64,000 bases of DNA, taken from Terriglobia bacterium. Its GTDB lineage: Bacteria; Acidobacteriota; Terriglobia; Terriglobales; Acidobacteriaceae. The stretch lies in contig CAVOSG010000007.1 of assembly GCA_963698825.1 (NCBI GenBank), forward strand, positions 150,548 to 214,547, given 5' to 3'. A model generated the notes under the pieces. It saw nothing but the letters and a program-made list of their open reading frames with translations, was not told the origin of the DNA and ran no database searches. Shown here one piece after another: positions 21,008-32,828 of this stretch (the stretch's first letter is position 1; every line of letters begins with the position of its first letter). Position numbers and translations under genes: made by a program.

Positions 21008-22100
21008 ATGAAACGCATTGCCATCCTGGGCTCGACCGGCTCCATTGGTCGCAGCACGCTGAGCGTGGTCGAAACCTATCCTGAGCGTTTCAGGTGGTTG
21101 CCCTCGCGGCCGGACGGAATGTGGACGCCGCGTTCGAACAGGCCCGGCGCTGGAAGCCCAAGCTGATTTCGATGGCCACCGCCGTGGACGCGGAAATCTT
21201 GCGTTCGCGGCTGAAGACATCGGGAATGAAAGGGGTCGAAGTTGTGCAGGCGCGGCCGGAACGGTCCGGGTGGCAACTCATCCCGAAGTGGATTTCGTGG
21301 TCAGCGCCATCGTCGGCGTGGCCGGGCTCAAGGCCACCTACGAAGCGGTACGAGCCGGAAAAACCGTTGGACTGGCCAACAAGGAATGCCTGGTGGCCGC
21401 GGGAGAATTGATCACCGCCGAGGCCCGCCGCCAGGGCAAGCCACTGCTGCCGATCGACAGCGAGCACAACGCGGTTCACCAGTGCCTGCGCGGCGGACGG
21501 ATGGAAGAAGTCGAGCGCATCTGGCTGACCGCCTCCGGCGGGCCATTTCTTATACACCCCAAAGTCGCAATTTTCTTCGATCACGGTCGAGCAGGCGCTG
21601 AACCATCCCACGTGGAAAATGGGGCAGCGCATCACCATTGATTCGGCCACCCTGATGAACAAAGGATTTGAGGTGATCGAGGCGTGCCGTTTGTTCAACT
21701 TGCCGCCCAGCCAGGTGCAGGTGATCGTGCATCCGCAATCCACCATCCACTCCATGGTGGAGTTCGTGGATGGCAGCATACTTGCTCAGTTCTCGGTGAC
21801 CGATATGCGCCTGCCGATCCTGTACGCGTTGACCTATCCGGATCGCATTCCGTCGGATATGCGCTTCCCGGTCATGGACTTACGACACCTCGAATTCTGC
21901 CCCCGGACATGGAAAAATTCCCTTGTCTGGGTCTGGCCTATGAAGCGGCGGAGGCCGGGGGTGCGAAAACTGTTGCACTCAATGCCGCCGACGAAGTGGC
22001 GGTGGCGGCGTTTCTGGAGGGCCGCATTGGCTTCGACCAGATTCCTGAAGTGATTGAGAGGTCCTTTCTGAAACGGAAGTCGGCAAGTTGGAATCTATAA
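21008..22100 (+). pseudogene. dxr: 1-deoxy-D-xylulose-5-phosphate reductoisomerase, at least 4 frameshifts
   Basis: MKRIAILGSTGSIGRSTLSVV (frame 2). Then VALAAGRNVDAAFEQARRWKPKLISMAT, EVDFVVSAIVGVAGLKATYEAVRAGKTVGLANKECLVAAGELI...[35 protein letters not shown] and C-terminal ...[20 protein letters not shown] in alternating frames. Confidence 0.75.
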
Positions 22101-22228
22101 GCAGGTGTTGGAGGCGGATCGTGGCGCGTGATGTGGCCCGCGAACGAGTCGAGCGGATGGTGGGAAGATCGGAAGCTTCCCGGCCGGTCTCCACCGGCAT
22201 CGCGAGTGGAGTAGGAAAAACTTTATTT

Positions 22229-23569
22229 ATGTCTGGATTCTTAACGGCAGTGCTCTCCGTCGGCGTGATTCTCGGATTCATGATCCTGATTCACGAGTTC
22301 GGCCACTATGCCGTGGCCAAGCTGCTGGGCGTGCGGGTCGAGGTGTTCTCCATCGGCTTCGGCAAACGTCTGTTCGGCTTCCGCCGCGGCGAAACCGACT
22401 ACCGCATCACCGCCATCCCGCTGGGCGGCTACGTAAAGATGAGCGGCGAGAACCCGATGGACGCCCGCACCGGCGATCCTGGCGAGTTCATGTCTCACCC
22501 GCGCTGGCACCGTTTCATGATCGCCATCGCCGGTCCCGCCATGAATATCCTGCTCGCAGTCGGCCTGCTGACCGGCGTTTACATGGTGCATTATGAGTAC
22601 CCCGCGGTGTTCGACGAGCCCGCGGTCATCGGATGGGTGGTGCAAGACACTCCCGCGGCGAAAGCTGGGATTCAGATCGGCGACCGCATCGTCCGCATTG
22701 ACGGCATACAAGACCCGACCTGGGAGCAGGTGATTCTGCGCGAGGCTTTGAATCCGAACCAGCCCCTGAACGTCGCCATCGAGCGCGGCGGCCAGCTTCT
22801 AACGAAAACAATCGTGCCCGAGGCCTCCGGGCCGAATCAGATGGGCTCGGCCGGATGGGAACCGAAAGAGCCGAGTTTCCCGATCACAGACCTGGATCCC
22901 GGCATGCCGGCCGAAAAAGCCGGAATGAAGCTGGGGGATGAAATTGTCAGCGTGGACGGGCAGCCGATCGTCGGCCTCGAGGCCATGATCGAGAGCTTGA
23001 AGCGCACCAAGGACAAGCCGATCCAGATCACGGTCAGGCGCGACGGCCAGCTGCTGAACTTCACGGTGCAGCCGGTTTTGTCGGATATCAGGGGCGACCA
23101 GCGCTACCGCGTGGGTATCGGCAGCGCGCCCATGAAGGTATCGTCGTTGCCGTTTGCGGCCGCGTTTCGCCGGTCGGTGGAACAGAACAAGCAGGGCTCG
23201 CTGCTGATTCTCGAACTGGTGCAAAAAATGATTCAGCGCAAGATCTCGATCCGCTCCATCGAGGGCCCGATCGGCATCGGACGCGCCGCAGGGCAGGCAG
23301 CCAGCAAGAAGGGCTGGACGCCGCTGCTGGAACTGACTGCGGGAATCAGCCTGAATCTGGGCATCTTTAACCTGCTGCCGATTCCCATCATGGACGGCGG
23401 CGTCATTCTGCTGCTGTTCGTCGAAAGCCTGATGCGGCGGGACATCAGCCTGCGAATCAAAGAACGCATCTATCAGGCGGCCTTTGTATTCCTGGTGCTG
23501 TTCGCGGTCATGGTGATCTACAACGACGTAGCCAAGATGCTGCCCGGCGTGATGGGGAGAATGCCTTAG
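22229..23569 (+). CDS. rseP: RIP metalloprotease RseP (site-2 protease, M50) with PDZ domains
   Basis: HEFGHYAVAKLLGV zinc motif, FGFRRGETDYRITAIPLGGYVKMSGE, two PDZ segments, C-terminal LNLGIFNLLPIPIMDGG. Start at MSGFLTAVLSV, an internal Met of ORF 22088..23569. Confidence 0.85.
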   Translation: MSGFLTAVLSVGVILGFMILIHEFGHYAVAKLLGVRVEVFSIGFGKRLFGFRRGETDYRITAIPLGGYVKMSGENPMDARTGDPGEFMSHPRWHRFMIAIAGPAMNILLAVGLLTGVYMVHYEYPAVFDEPAVIGWVVQDTPAAKAGIQIGDRIVRIDGIQDPTWEQVILREALNPNQPLNVAIERGGQLLTKTIVPEASGPNQMGSAGWEPKEPSFPITDLDPGMPAEKAGMKLGDEIVSVDGQPIVGLEAMIESLKRTKDKPIQITVRRDGQLLNFTVQPVLSDIRGDQRYRVGIGSAPMKVSSLPFAAAFRRSVEQNKQGSLLILELVQKMIQRKISIRSIEGPIGIGRAAGQAASKKGWTPLLELTAGISLNLGIFNLLPIPIMDGGVILLLFVESLMRRDISLRIKERIYQAAFVFLVLFAVMVIYNDVAKMLPGVMGRMP

Positions 23570-23571
23570 AG

Positions 23572-23843
23572 CAGCTGTCAGCTATCAGCTATCAGCCTGT
23601 CAGCTCTCAGCTTCTGGCTGCTAGCTTCTGGCTTCTGGCTCCGCCAAAAAAATCTGTCATCCCGACCGGAGCGAAGCGCAGCTACGCGCAGTGGAGGGAC
23701 CTTGTGTTTCGCGCCGAGAGCAGCGGCCTCAGGGTATGCCTCTCCCGAAAGAGCCTAGGTCATCCGCCAAGACACCTGCGCTAACTCATTCATCAGCGTC
23801 CCTTAAGTACTGACAGCTGAGAGCTGACAGCCGAGAGCTCCTC
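23572..23843. repeat. Composite intergenic element between rseP and ispG: heptamer tandem arrays (TCAGCTA/TCAGCTC/TTCTGGC units) in inverted orientation at both ends, flanking a degenerate GTCATCC-family core
   Basis: Left 23572-23641 cagctgtcagctatcagctatcagcctgtcagctctcagcttctggctgctagcttctggcttctggct. Right 23808-23843 tactgacagctgagagctgacagccgagagctcc. Core tGTCATCCcgaccgGAGCGAAGCGcagc at 23654. Confidence 0.55.
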
Positions 23844-23868
23844 CCCCGTGTTAAAATAGAGCTTCCCC

Positions 23869-25106
<1,238 letters not shown>

Positions 25107-25107
<1 letters not shown>

Positions 25108-25145
25108 TGTAGGCGCGAGCGTCCTCGCTCGTGCGGCAGCGCCAC
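25107..25145. repeat. REP sequence copy 1 (gtaatgtaGGCGCGAGCGTCCTCGCTCGTGCGGCAGCG)
   Basis: Imperfect palindrome CGAGCG-TCCT-CGCTCG. Copy 2 is nearly identical in inverted orientation. Confidence 0.65.
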
Positions 25146-25236
25146 GAACCAGTGTGGCGTTTCCCGTTTCGAAACAAATTTCCTACTTTAGCTCAGGCGT
25201 TGGTCTCTCATGTTCGCCGCTTATGGTATTCGTGTC

Positions 25237-25625
25237 GGATGAACCGAGTCTACGAATATCGCCGTCATCTGCCCCACTATCAAGGCGACTACAAAGCCGT
25301 CTTCCTGACATTCTCTACTCACCACCGCTGGATATTGTCCCCAGAAGCTCGCACGTCGGTCCTTGAATCTTGCACCTGGGGAAATGGGACCTACTTCAAC
25401 CTGCATGGAGCTGTCATAATGCCGGATCACGTTCATCTTGTACTGACCCCAGCGCCCGATGGGAACAGCTTTTTTAGCGTGGCGGAAATCATGCAAGGCA
25501 TCAAAGGCGCTTCTGCCCATAAGGTCAACCGCTTGCTGAATCGGAAGGGGCAGGTGTGGCAGCGTGAGTCGTTTGATCGTGTCCTTCGACGCGAGAAAGC
25601 CTTCACGCGAAAGTTGAATACATAG
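25237..25625 (+). CDS. REP-associated tyrosine transposase (RAYT; IS200/IS605 TnpA-like HuH nuclease). Alternative start at 25131.
   Basis: MNRVYEYRRHLPHYQ...VFLTFSTHHR N-terminus and HuH motif IMPDHVHLVLTP, followed by IMQGIKGASAHKVN...QVWQRESFDRVLR. Flanked by inverted REPs. Confidence 0.75.
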
Positions 25626-25737
25626 TCCAAAATCCCGTGCGGGCTGGATTGGTCCGAACCGCGATGGAATATCGTTGGTTGTGGATTGCGAATCTGGCAA
25701 AGAGTGCGTGAGCCGGGCTAAGACTCGACACGTCCGT

Positions 25738-25783
25738 GTCGCTGCCGCACGAGCGAGGACGCTCGCGCCCACATCAACATTAC
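25738..25783. repeat. REP sequence copy 2 (inverted; ...CGCTGCCGCACGAGCGAGGACGCTCGCGCCcacatcaacattac)
   Basis: Reverse complement matches copy 1 over about 35 nt, including the gtaatgt flank. Confidence 0.65.
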
Positions 25784-26794
25784 GCCCGCAGCGGCAGATC
25801 TGGATTCGCACTGTCGTCGTAGATTGGATCTGCGATCTTGCTCAGTTCGGGATAGTGCTTCAGCAGCGGCTCGGGCGCCTTCACACGCTGACCCGTCAGC
25901 ATATTTTTGAACTGTAGCGCGTTGACTCCCGCCTTGCCTTCGAAGTGATTGTTGGTCACGACATAAGTGACCTCGGCCTTGTCCGCGATGCGGACGATTT
26001 TTCTTTCCATCCTGCCAGCTCGGCTTCGTTATAGAGATAGTTATAGCGATCGGCCCCTGTTTCCGCTTCGAACCACTGATCGTAATTTCTGCCATGCAGG
26101 CGCACGTAGCCGACGGGGAAGTTACGTGCTCGGTGGGCGCGAGTGAGCGTCCGATCAGGGGCTGATCGATGTTGCAGAAAGCAACATTTTTCTCCATGAA
26201 GTCGTTGATAGTGTCGGGATTCTCCCAACTGTCGTGACGCACTTCGACGACACGCGGGTATTCAATGAACTGGCGCAGAAGCTTTTCCAGATATTCGCGG
26301 TTGAGCGAAGTATTCTTGAATGAAACTGGAAATTGGATGAGCAGCGCGCCCAGCTTCCCCTCGCCGGCGAGCGCTTCCAGTCCTTCCCGCGCCAGGGCTT
26401 CGTCTTCATCGTTGGGCTTGATCGACGCGGCCGAAGTGGGCTCCATGACCGCCATGGGATTGTGAGTGAAAGAACGATGCAGTTTGGCGGTGAACGTGAA
26501 CTTGGGATTCACCGCTTTGGCGGTGCGAACCCACAGCTTGGCCAGGTGCGGCTTGATGTGTCCGTAGAAAGAAGTGTTGATCTCGACCATGTCGAAGCAG
26601 CGCGCCAGAATCTCCAGCGGGTGCTGTTTGCGGTGCTGCATGCCCGGCGGATAGAAGATGCCGTCCCAGTCCTTGTAAGACCAGCCGGCAGTGCCGACGC
26701 GGATTTGCGAGGATGGATTCAAGAGGACCTTCAAGTTAGATGCCAGCAGACTAGCATATGCGGCGGCACAATCAGGGACGGCCCTGAGGAACAA
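25780..26794 (-). pseudogene. DUF72 (UPF0759) family protein, 2 frameshifts
   Basis: N-terminus IRVGTAGWSYKDWDGIFYP (ORF 25718..26794). Middle VGYVRLHGRNYDQWFEAETGADRYNYLY (ORF 25956..26228). C-terminus AEVTYVVTNNHFEGKAGVNALQF (ORF 25780..26010). Confidence 0.6.
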
Positions 26795-27012
26795 AATGCA
26801 AACGAGACGTTCTGCTACTCATGATGAGATGGGAAGGGCGCGAGTTTACTCGTGCCGCTCAGCTAGCGAAAATTAACCACGCTTTAGCGTCTGAGGTCGG
26901 CTCCTGGGATATCAAAAGACAAACCCCAGGGGCTAAAGCCCTCGCATCTCCACCGTTTGTGGCACGACTGAAGTCGGCCCTCCCACGAGAGCGCAGGCAC
27001 CGACGAAGTGAT

Positions 27013-27900
27013 CTAGTAGAAGAGTATTGCGATCCAGTAGGCCCCGGTGGGATAGCTGGGCGTACGCGCATAGCAGGAACCGACGGCGAAGGCCCGGACA
27101 GAGCCGTTCGCGATGGCCCGCGATGCGTTTTCAGGAAGTACCTCGGGCTGTGAGGTTGTATAGCGCAGAACTGCTCGGCCGCGGGGCGCCGGGGTATGCA
27201 ACGAGTCGGCTTTGGCCATCGCACAGGCCGCGGCCGCCGCTTCCCTTCCGTCCAGGAGCCGCAGCGCGGGTTGGCGGCTTTGGGCGCGCAGGCGATCCAC
27301 GCTCCCGGCCGCCAGGTCCTCGGCTTCGCGGGTCGAACGGCGTGGCAAACTGTGTCCGAAATCCTGGGTCACATACACCAGAGACCCGCTGCGCACTACG
27401 CTGAATCCGGCCACGTTGTATTGGGCATTGAGCAAGTTCGCGCGATGAGGAGGAGAGTGCATCAGGTTGTCCTCCGCCTGAACGACGCTGGGAGCGAACG
27501 CGACGTTTTCACCGGACTGATCAAGCTGGGTCTTGGTGTTGGCCGCCAGCCGGTGCGAAAGATCGGGCTCGCCGGAGAACTGATGCGAAAGTTTCTGTTG
27601 CGCCGCCATGGCGGCGGCATGTGCGCGCGCCGCTTTGGTCAGTCCGTCATCGGTTTGCAATGGAGGCAGTCCGGCCTTGGCCCGTTCGTGGTTGGCCATG
27701 TCCAGCAGCCGGCGTTCCGCTTCGGTGTCGTAATAGGGGGAGGGCTGCGATTCCACCGAAGCGGTGACCGGTTGTTCCGCCGCGTGCACCGTGCGCAGCT
27801 TCGGCATGGCGACAGCTGCCGCAAGAAACATCGCCAAAGAAGCTATCAGGGCCCGGGGCATATGAGTCGTCATTCCGCAGCCAAGTGGCTGGGAAATCAA
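27013..27900 (-). CDS. Secreted CAP/SCP/PR-1-like domain protein
   Basis: Signal-peptide-like N-terminus (MPRALIASLAMFLAAAVA) and CAP motif region HERAKAGLPPL...AARAHAAAMAA...SHQ..GE..AF. Moderate confidence on family. Confidence 0.55.
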   Translation of the reverse strand: MISQPLGCGMTTHMPRALIASLAMFLAAAVAMPKLRTVHAAEQPVTASVESQPSPYYDTEAERRLLDMANHERAKAGLPPLQTDDGLTKAARAHAAAMAAQQKLSHQFSGEPDLSHRLAANTKTQLDQSGENVAFAPSVVQAEDNLMHSPPHRANLLNAQYNVAGFSVVRSGSLVYVTQDFGHSLPRRSTREAEDLAAGSVDRLRAQSRQPALRLLDGREAAAAACAMAKADSLHTPAPRGRAVLRYTTSQPEVLPENASRAIANGSVRAFAVGSCYARTPSYPTGAYWIAILFY

Positions 27901-27955
27901 ACTTCCGCTTTGCTTCCCTCACGCTAGCCCCTAAAATCAAAGTGAGCACCTTACG

Positions 27956-29301
27956 ATGGGGACATTCCTTCTGGGCATACTTGTCGTGGTCAATGTAGTA
28001 CTTCTGGTACTGCTGGCGGCGGTTCTGCGCCGCGGCCTGGGCTCTTCGCAAGGCACTGAAATCACGGATTTGGCGCGGCAAACGGCGCTCTTGCACGATT
28101 CCTTGTGCCAGAAATTCAACGATGCCACGCGAGACATGGCCACGCGTCTCGAAAGCACCAAGGGAGACCTGCGCCAGGGCGTGACCGACCGCCTGACCCA
28201 GGGCTTCAACGAAATTCGCACCTCGGTGGAAGCACAGCTGACCGGCGGACGACGGGAGCAGACTCAGGATCTGCGTGAGGCGCGCACCGAACTTACCACG
28301 TCATTGGCGCTGACCACTTCGCAACTCAAAGTCGAATTCGAGAATCTGAATCAGAAAACGGCGCAGAGTCTCGATTCGATTCGCGACCGCGTGGACGCCA
28401 AGCTGCTCGCCATCACCGACCAGGTGCAGCAAAAGCTCGATCAGAACATCAAGGAGGGATTTGCCCAGTTCGAAAAGGTTCAGCAACACCTGAAAGCGGC
28501 GGAAGAGCAGTTGCGTGAAGTGGGCGCTCTGGGCACTCGATCAACGACTTAAACAACATGCTCAAGTTGCCGCATCTGCGCGGTCAGTTCGGCGAAGCCA
28601 GCCTGGAGCGCTTGCTGTCGGACTTCCTGCCTGCCCACATGTTCGAAATACAGTCCTCCGCCGGCGACGGCAACGGGCGCGCGGATGCCGTGATCCAGTT
28701 TCCCGATCGCCGCCTGCCTATCGACGCGAAGTTTCCCCGCGAACAGGTGCTGGCGCTCTTCGAGAGGAACATCGAATCCGAGATTGAAGAAGCCCGCCAC
28801 GAGTTTGTGCGCGTGATGAAGACCGAAGCCAAGCGGATCAAAGCGTACATTCAGCCCGAACACGGCACGACGGACATTGCCCTGATGTACCTGCCCAGCG
28901 AAACGCTGTACATGGAAGCCATCCGCAATCGCGAGTTGGCCGACTGGCTCAACGTGCAGCATGTGTTTCCGGTATCACCCAATACGCTGCTGATGACCTT
29001 ACAGACGATCGCGCTGGTGCATAAGTGGTATGAAGTGGCCAGCCGCTTCGAAAAGAGCCGCCTGGAGCTGGCTAAGGCGCAAAAGTCGTTCGACCACTTC
29101 CAGAACCAGTTCGAGAATGTCGGCAAGAATCTGAACAAGGCGCAGGAAGCCTTCGATACCGCGCAACGCCACCTGAAGACCTATCGCGGCCGGGTCACCG
29201 CGCTCAGCGGGCAGGAACAGCTGGAATTGGATGCGGCCACCGCAACAACGAAGAGTGAAGAAGAGCCGATCCTGCCGCTGATCGACAAAGCTAGCGCCTA
29301 G
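27956..29301 (+). CDS. rmuC: DNA recombination protein RmuC; one frameshift near 28535
   Basis: ORF 27956..28552 (TM N-terminus plus coiled coil) and ORF 28558..29301 (MLKLPHLRGQFGEASLERLL...DAVIQFPDRRLPIDAKFP...) together form one RmuC. SINDLNN lies in the second frame just upstream of the listed Met. Confidence 0.7.
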
Positions 29302-30304
29302 ATGGCTCGGGTGGCGTGCTAAGCGGAGTCGAAGGACCACTAAGCGGACAATGATATATATCTTGATATACATCTTTTTGTTAGCTATCAAGGTATATAC
29401 CGAGAAAGCGGTTACCTATGCATCGTACCACCAAACTATTGCGGAACGGACGCAGCCGAGCCGTGCGCCGGCCTTCGGAGAACCGGAATTCAGGGCTCTC
29501 GAACTGTTGATACCGTCGCGCTGAGCACCGCCATCGGGGCGACGTTGCCTGTGCACCCCAGAGCCGGAATCTTGGCAGGACTTTTGTCATCCTTAGTGGA
29601 ACTCGATCACGAAGTGAGTGCAGAGTTCATAGCCGATCGGAGATGATCGCTCCGCCCAAGAAGCGAAAGTGCTCTAGCATGGTGCGGCTTACTGTGTCGC
29701 TGCGACACGAATACATGCCAGCTATGCCATCAAGGGCAACCATGCCAGCGTACGCGATCAGCTGTATGACACTCAGCTGTGGCTGACGAACGGCAATATT
29801 CGGTCATCACCGGAGATGAATGCGCTTCGGAATCGCCCGACTTGCCGGCAGCTGTCCCGTCTGAAAGGTCTGGTCAAGGAGTGCCTGCTGTCGAGTTGGC
29901 GTGAATTGCCCGATGGATCTCGTCGACTCGAACATCCCTCGCCGAGATATCGAGCTCCTCTCGGAACGATCATGGGAGCCCGATGGTCCTCATGGACATG
30001 TTGATCTCCGCGCACGCATTTGCCGCGGATGCCATACTGCGACACTCATAGACAGGGTGTTCCGGCGAGTCAAACGTCTCAAGATCGAGGACTGGAATAA
30101 TGCTGACGTTCAGGGTTGCGAATATGTGCGGCCCTCGAAGCAAAATAAGTCGCTGGCCAAATCGAAGGTAGGCTTTCTCGCAACAGTTGAGGGCCATGCA
30201 TATCCTTCCCCCCCGCCACCACAGGGATGGCCCGTGAATCCCACGCTTCGCAAAGTGCGCGAAGCATGGGGCACCCATCGTTTGTTTTTTAAGCGACTTC
30301 GCGT

Positions 30305-30964
30305 CTACGCTCCGCGCTTCGTCTTCAACTCCGCCAGCAACTGCTCGATGCGGTCTTCTTTTTCGAGGGCTGCTAAACGCTCTTCCACATCATCGGCGGC
30401 GATCTCGGATTTGGCCTGGCTGTGGGCGGCGGCGTGGGCGACTTTGCGCTTCATGCGATCGAAGGCGCTGGCGCTGGAACCGTTGCCTGCCGCCATCTTC
30501 GCGTCGCTGGCCTTGCCTACGGCGCGCGCCCGGCGATGCTGGGCGATCAGCAGGTCGGCCTTGGCCTGGGCTTCGGTCAGCTTCTGCTCGAGCTGGCGCA
30601 GCGCGATCTTCAGGTTCTCCACTTGGGCCTTCTGATCGGTTACCTGCTGCGCGAAGCCTTCGCTTAAGTCGCGATAGCTCTCCACGCGTTCGAGGGCGGC
30701 GCGGGCCAGGTCGTCTTTTTTCTTGTCCACGGACAATTCCGCCTTGCGCATCCACTCCGCGACTTTGTCTTCATTTTCCTTTTGCTTTTTTTCCAGCAGG
30801 TGCTGATCGGCAATGGCGATGGCCACCTGCGTCTTGACCTGCAGAAGCTGGTTCTGCATGTCGAGAATGACCTGCTTGATCATTTTTTCCGGATGCTCAG
30901 CCTTGTCGATCAGATCGTTGAGATTGGCCCGGACCAGTGTGGAAACTCGCTCTAGTAATGCCAT
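30305..30964 (-). CDS. pspA: Phage-shock protein A / IM30-family (PspA/Vipp1-like)
   Basis: 219-aa coiled-coil protein with MALLERVSTLVRANLNDLIDKAEHPEKMIKQVILDMQNQL, the canonical PspA N-terminus. Confidence 0.8.
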   Translation of the reverse strand: MALLERVSTLVRANLNDLIDKAEHPEKMIKQVILDMQNQLLQVKTQVAIAIADQHLLEKKQKENEDKVAEWMRKAELSVDKKKDDLARAALERVESYRDLSEGFAQQVTDQKAQVENLKIALRQLEQKLTEAQAKADLLIAQHRRARAVGKASDAKMAAGNGSSASAFDRMKRKVAHAAAHSQAKSEIAADDVEERLAALEKEDRIEQLLAELKTKRGA

Positions 30965-30974
30965 GATGGACTCC

Positions 30975-31012
30975 TTATTAGCTATCAGCCGTCAGCTATC
31001 AGCTTTCAGCTC
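30975..31012. repeat. Heptamer tandem array (AGCTATC AGCCGTC AGCTATC AGCTTTC) immediately upstream of the pspA RBS, with no inverted partner
   Basis: ttAGCTATCAGCCGTCAGCTATCAGCTTTCAGCTcgg. Confidence 0.55.
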
Positions 31013-31200
31013 GGTGTTTTTCGTGAACTTCCTGCGCACTCTGGGCAGTTCGTTCCGCGAAAGTTGCCTCCGATCGCGACCCCGATGGCGATGCCCACTC
31101 CCAGCCACGCCGCAACGTGGCCGGCGGCCACGCCTAACGCGGTGCCAACGCCGGCGCCGAGAACAATGCCCAGAACAATTTGCATCGACGGTTTCTTCAT
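31006..31200 (-). CDS. Small glycine-zipper membrane protein (64 aa)
   Basis: MKKPSMQIVLGIVLGAGVGTALGVAAGHVAAWLGVGIAIGVAIGG with strong RBS (GAGGAAAgaaacATG). Sits between flotillin and pspA on the same strand. Confidence 0.5.
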   Translation of the reverse strand: MKKPSMQIVLGIVLGAGVGTALGVAAGHVAAWLGVGIAIGVAIGGNFRGTNCPECAGSSRKTPS

Positions 31201-31273
31201 GTTTCTTTCCTCAACTTCGGATGCTCGAGAGCAATGGAGGACGGGCGTCCCCGCCCGTCCTCGTCTCGAAGCA

Positions 31274-32719
31274 CTACTTTCCTGCTCCGCCGTTCGACGG
31301 CAACGCGTCGGCCTGGGCGTCTTGTCGCCGATCTGGCGCACCTTGCCCAGCAGCTCGGACATCGGCATCCCGGACAGGGTTTCGAACAACGCCGGCACCT
31401 GGGCCGCCATTTTCGCGATGTCGCCCGTGATCTTGTTCATCCCGGACGAGTCGCCGTTGCCGGTGGACACAATAGTGATCTTGTCCACGTTGGCCAGCGG
31501 AGCTGGCCAGCGCGCGCACGATTTCGGGCATGCCGGTGAACAGCTTGTCGATGACCGCGGCCTGGTTGTATTCCTGGTAGGCCTCGGCTTTCACGTTCAT
31601 GGCCTTGGCTTCAGCTTCGCCCTTCTTGAAGATGATCTCGGCTTCGGCTTCGCCTTGGGCGCGAATCGCAGAGGCATGACCATCCGCTTCCGACATCAGG
31701 CGCTGCTTTTCGGCCAGCGCCAGGGTTTCGATTCTCTGGCGCTCGATTTCGGCGCCCTTCAACACGGTCGCAATCAGTTCTTTCTCGCGGCGGTTGATTT
31801 CCGCTTCCTGCACTTTGACCTGTTGTTCTTTCTCGATCTGCTGCACCTTCACCTGCTCGGCGATGACCTGCTGTTGCATGATGTTGGTCTGAATGTCGTA
31901 GGCCTTGTCAGCCTGCGCCTGCTGCCGCTTGGTGACTTCGACGTACTGCGCTTTCTTCACTTCAAGGTCGCGTTGCGCCTCGGCCTGCTTGGCCAAAGAA
32001 AGCGTTTCCGCCAGGACTCGCTCCTGGTCGGCTTGTGCTCTGGCGACCGCAGATTCGCGTTGCGCGAGGGCGCGCTTGATGGCTGTGTCGCGATCGGCTT
32101 CCGCCGTGGCCACGTCGGCGTCGCGCTTGATGCGGGCCACGTCGGGCTTGCCCATGTTGGTGATGTACTCGTTCTTGTCGCGCACTTCCTTGATGGTGAA
32201 CGAAATGACTTCCAGGCCCATCTTGTTCATGTCTTCCGCGCAAGTGGAGCGCATGCGGTCGGAAACCATTTCCGGCTGCTTCACGATCTCTTCCACCGTG
32301 AGCTGGCCGATGATGCCGCGCAGATGGCCTTCCATTACCAGACGGATCAGACCCTCGCGTTCCTGATCGGTCTTGGTGAGGAATTGTTCCGACGCAGTCA
32401 AGATGGACTCCAGGTCCGACTTGACCTTAATCTGTGCCACCGCTTCGACCGTCACCGCGACGCCCTGCTTGGTGTACAGGTCCTGCTGCGGAGCCACGTC
32501 GAACGACATGAGTTCCAGCGAAAGTTCGCGGCAGATCTGGACCATGGGAAATACCAGCGTGCCGTGGCCTTTGACCACACGCGTGCCGCCCAGTCCGTAC
32601 ACGATGAGCGCTTCATGCGGGCCGGCTTTGCGATAAAGCCGGGCCATGCCGCTCATCAGGAACAGAATGACCATGACGCCCAGGCCGACGAACACCCAAA
32701 TCTCGAAAATGTGTGACAT
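31274..32719 (-). pseudogene. Flotillin-family (SPFH domain) protein, 2 frameshifts near the 3' end (about 31500 and about 31320)
   Basis: MSHIFEIWVFVGLGVMV TM, SPFH core, long EA-rich coiled coil. C-terminal ...VDKITIVSTGNGDSSGMNKITGDIAKMAAQVPALFETLSGMPMSELLGKV lies in a second frame (ORF 31006..31488). Confidence 0.65.
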
Positions 32720-32828
32720 CCCCAACATATTGCCTCCTCTTTCGAGTGCCCCCACTAGACTCTCGACCAACTCAGAGCTTCAACCACAAAGGGCACGAAG
32801 TTACACGAAGGAAATCAAAGCATTCGCT

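Noticed and set aside
23572-23843. Possible CRISPR array (regularly spaced short repeats)
   Set aside because: Repeat unit is only 7 nt with no spacers, and arrays occur as inverted arms. No cas genes in the window. Classified as heptamer tandem repeats instead.
31064-32716. 550-aa plus-strand ORF
   Set aside because: Antisense to the flotillin gene. Repetitive Leu/Gly/Asp-rich translation mirrors the EA-rich coiled coil on the other strand.
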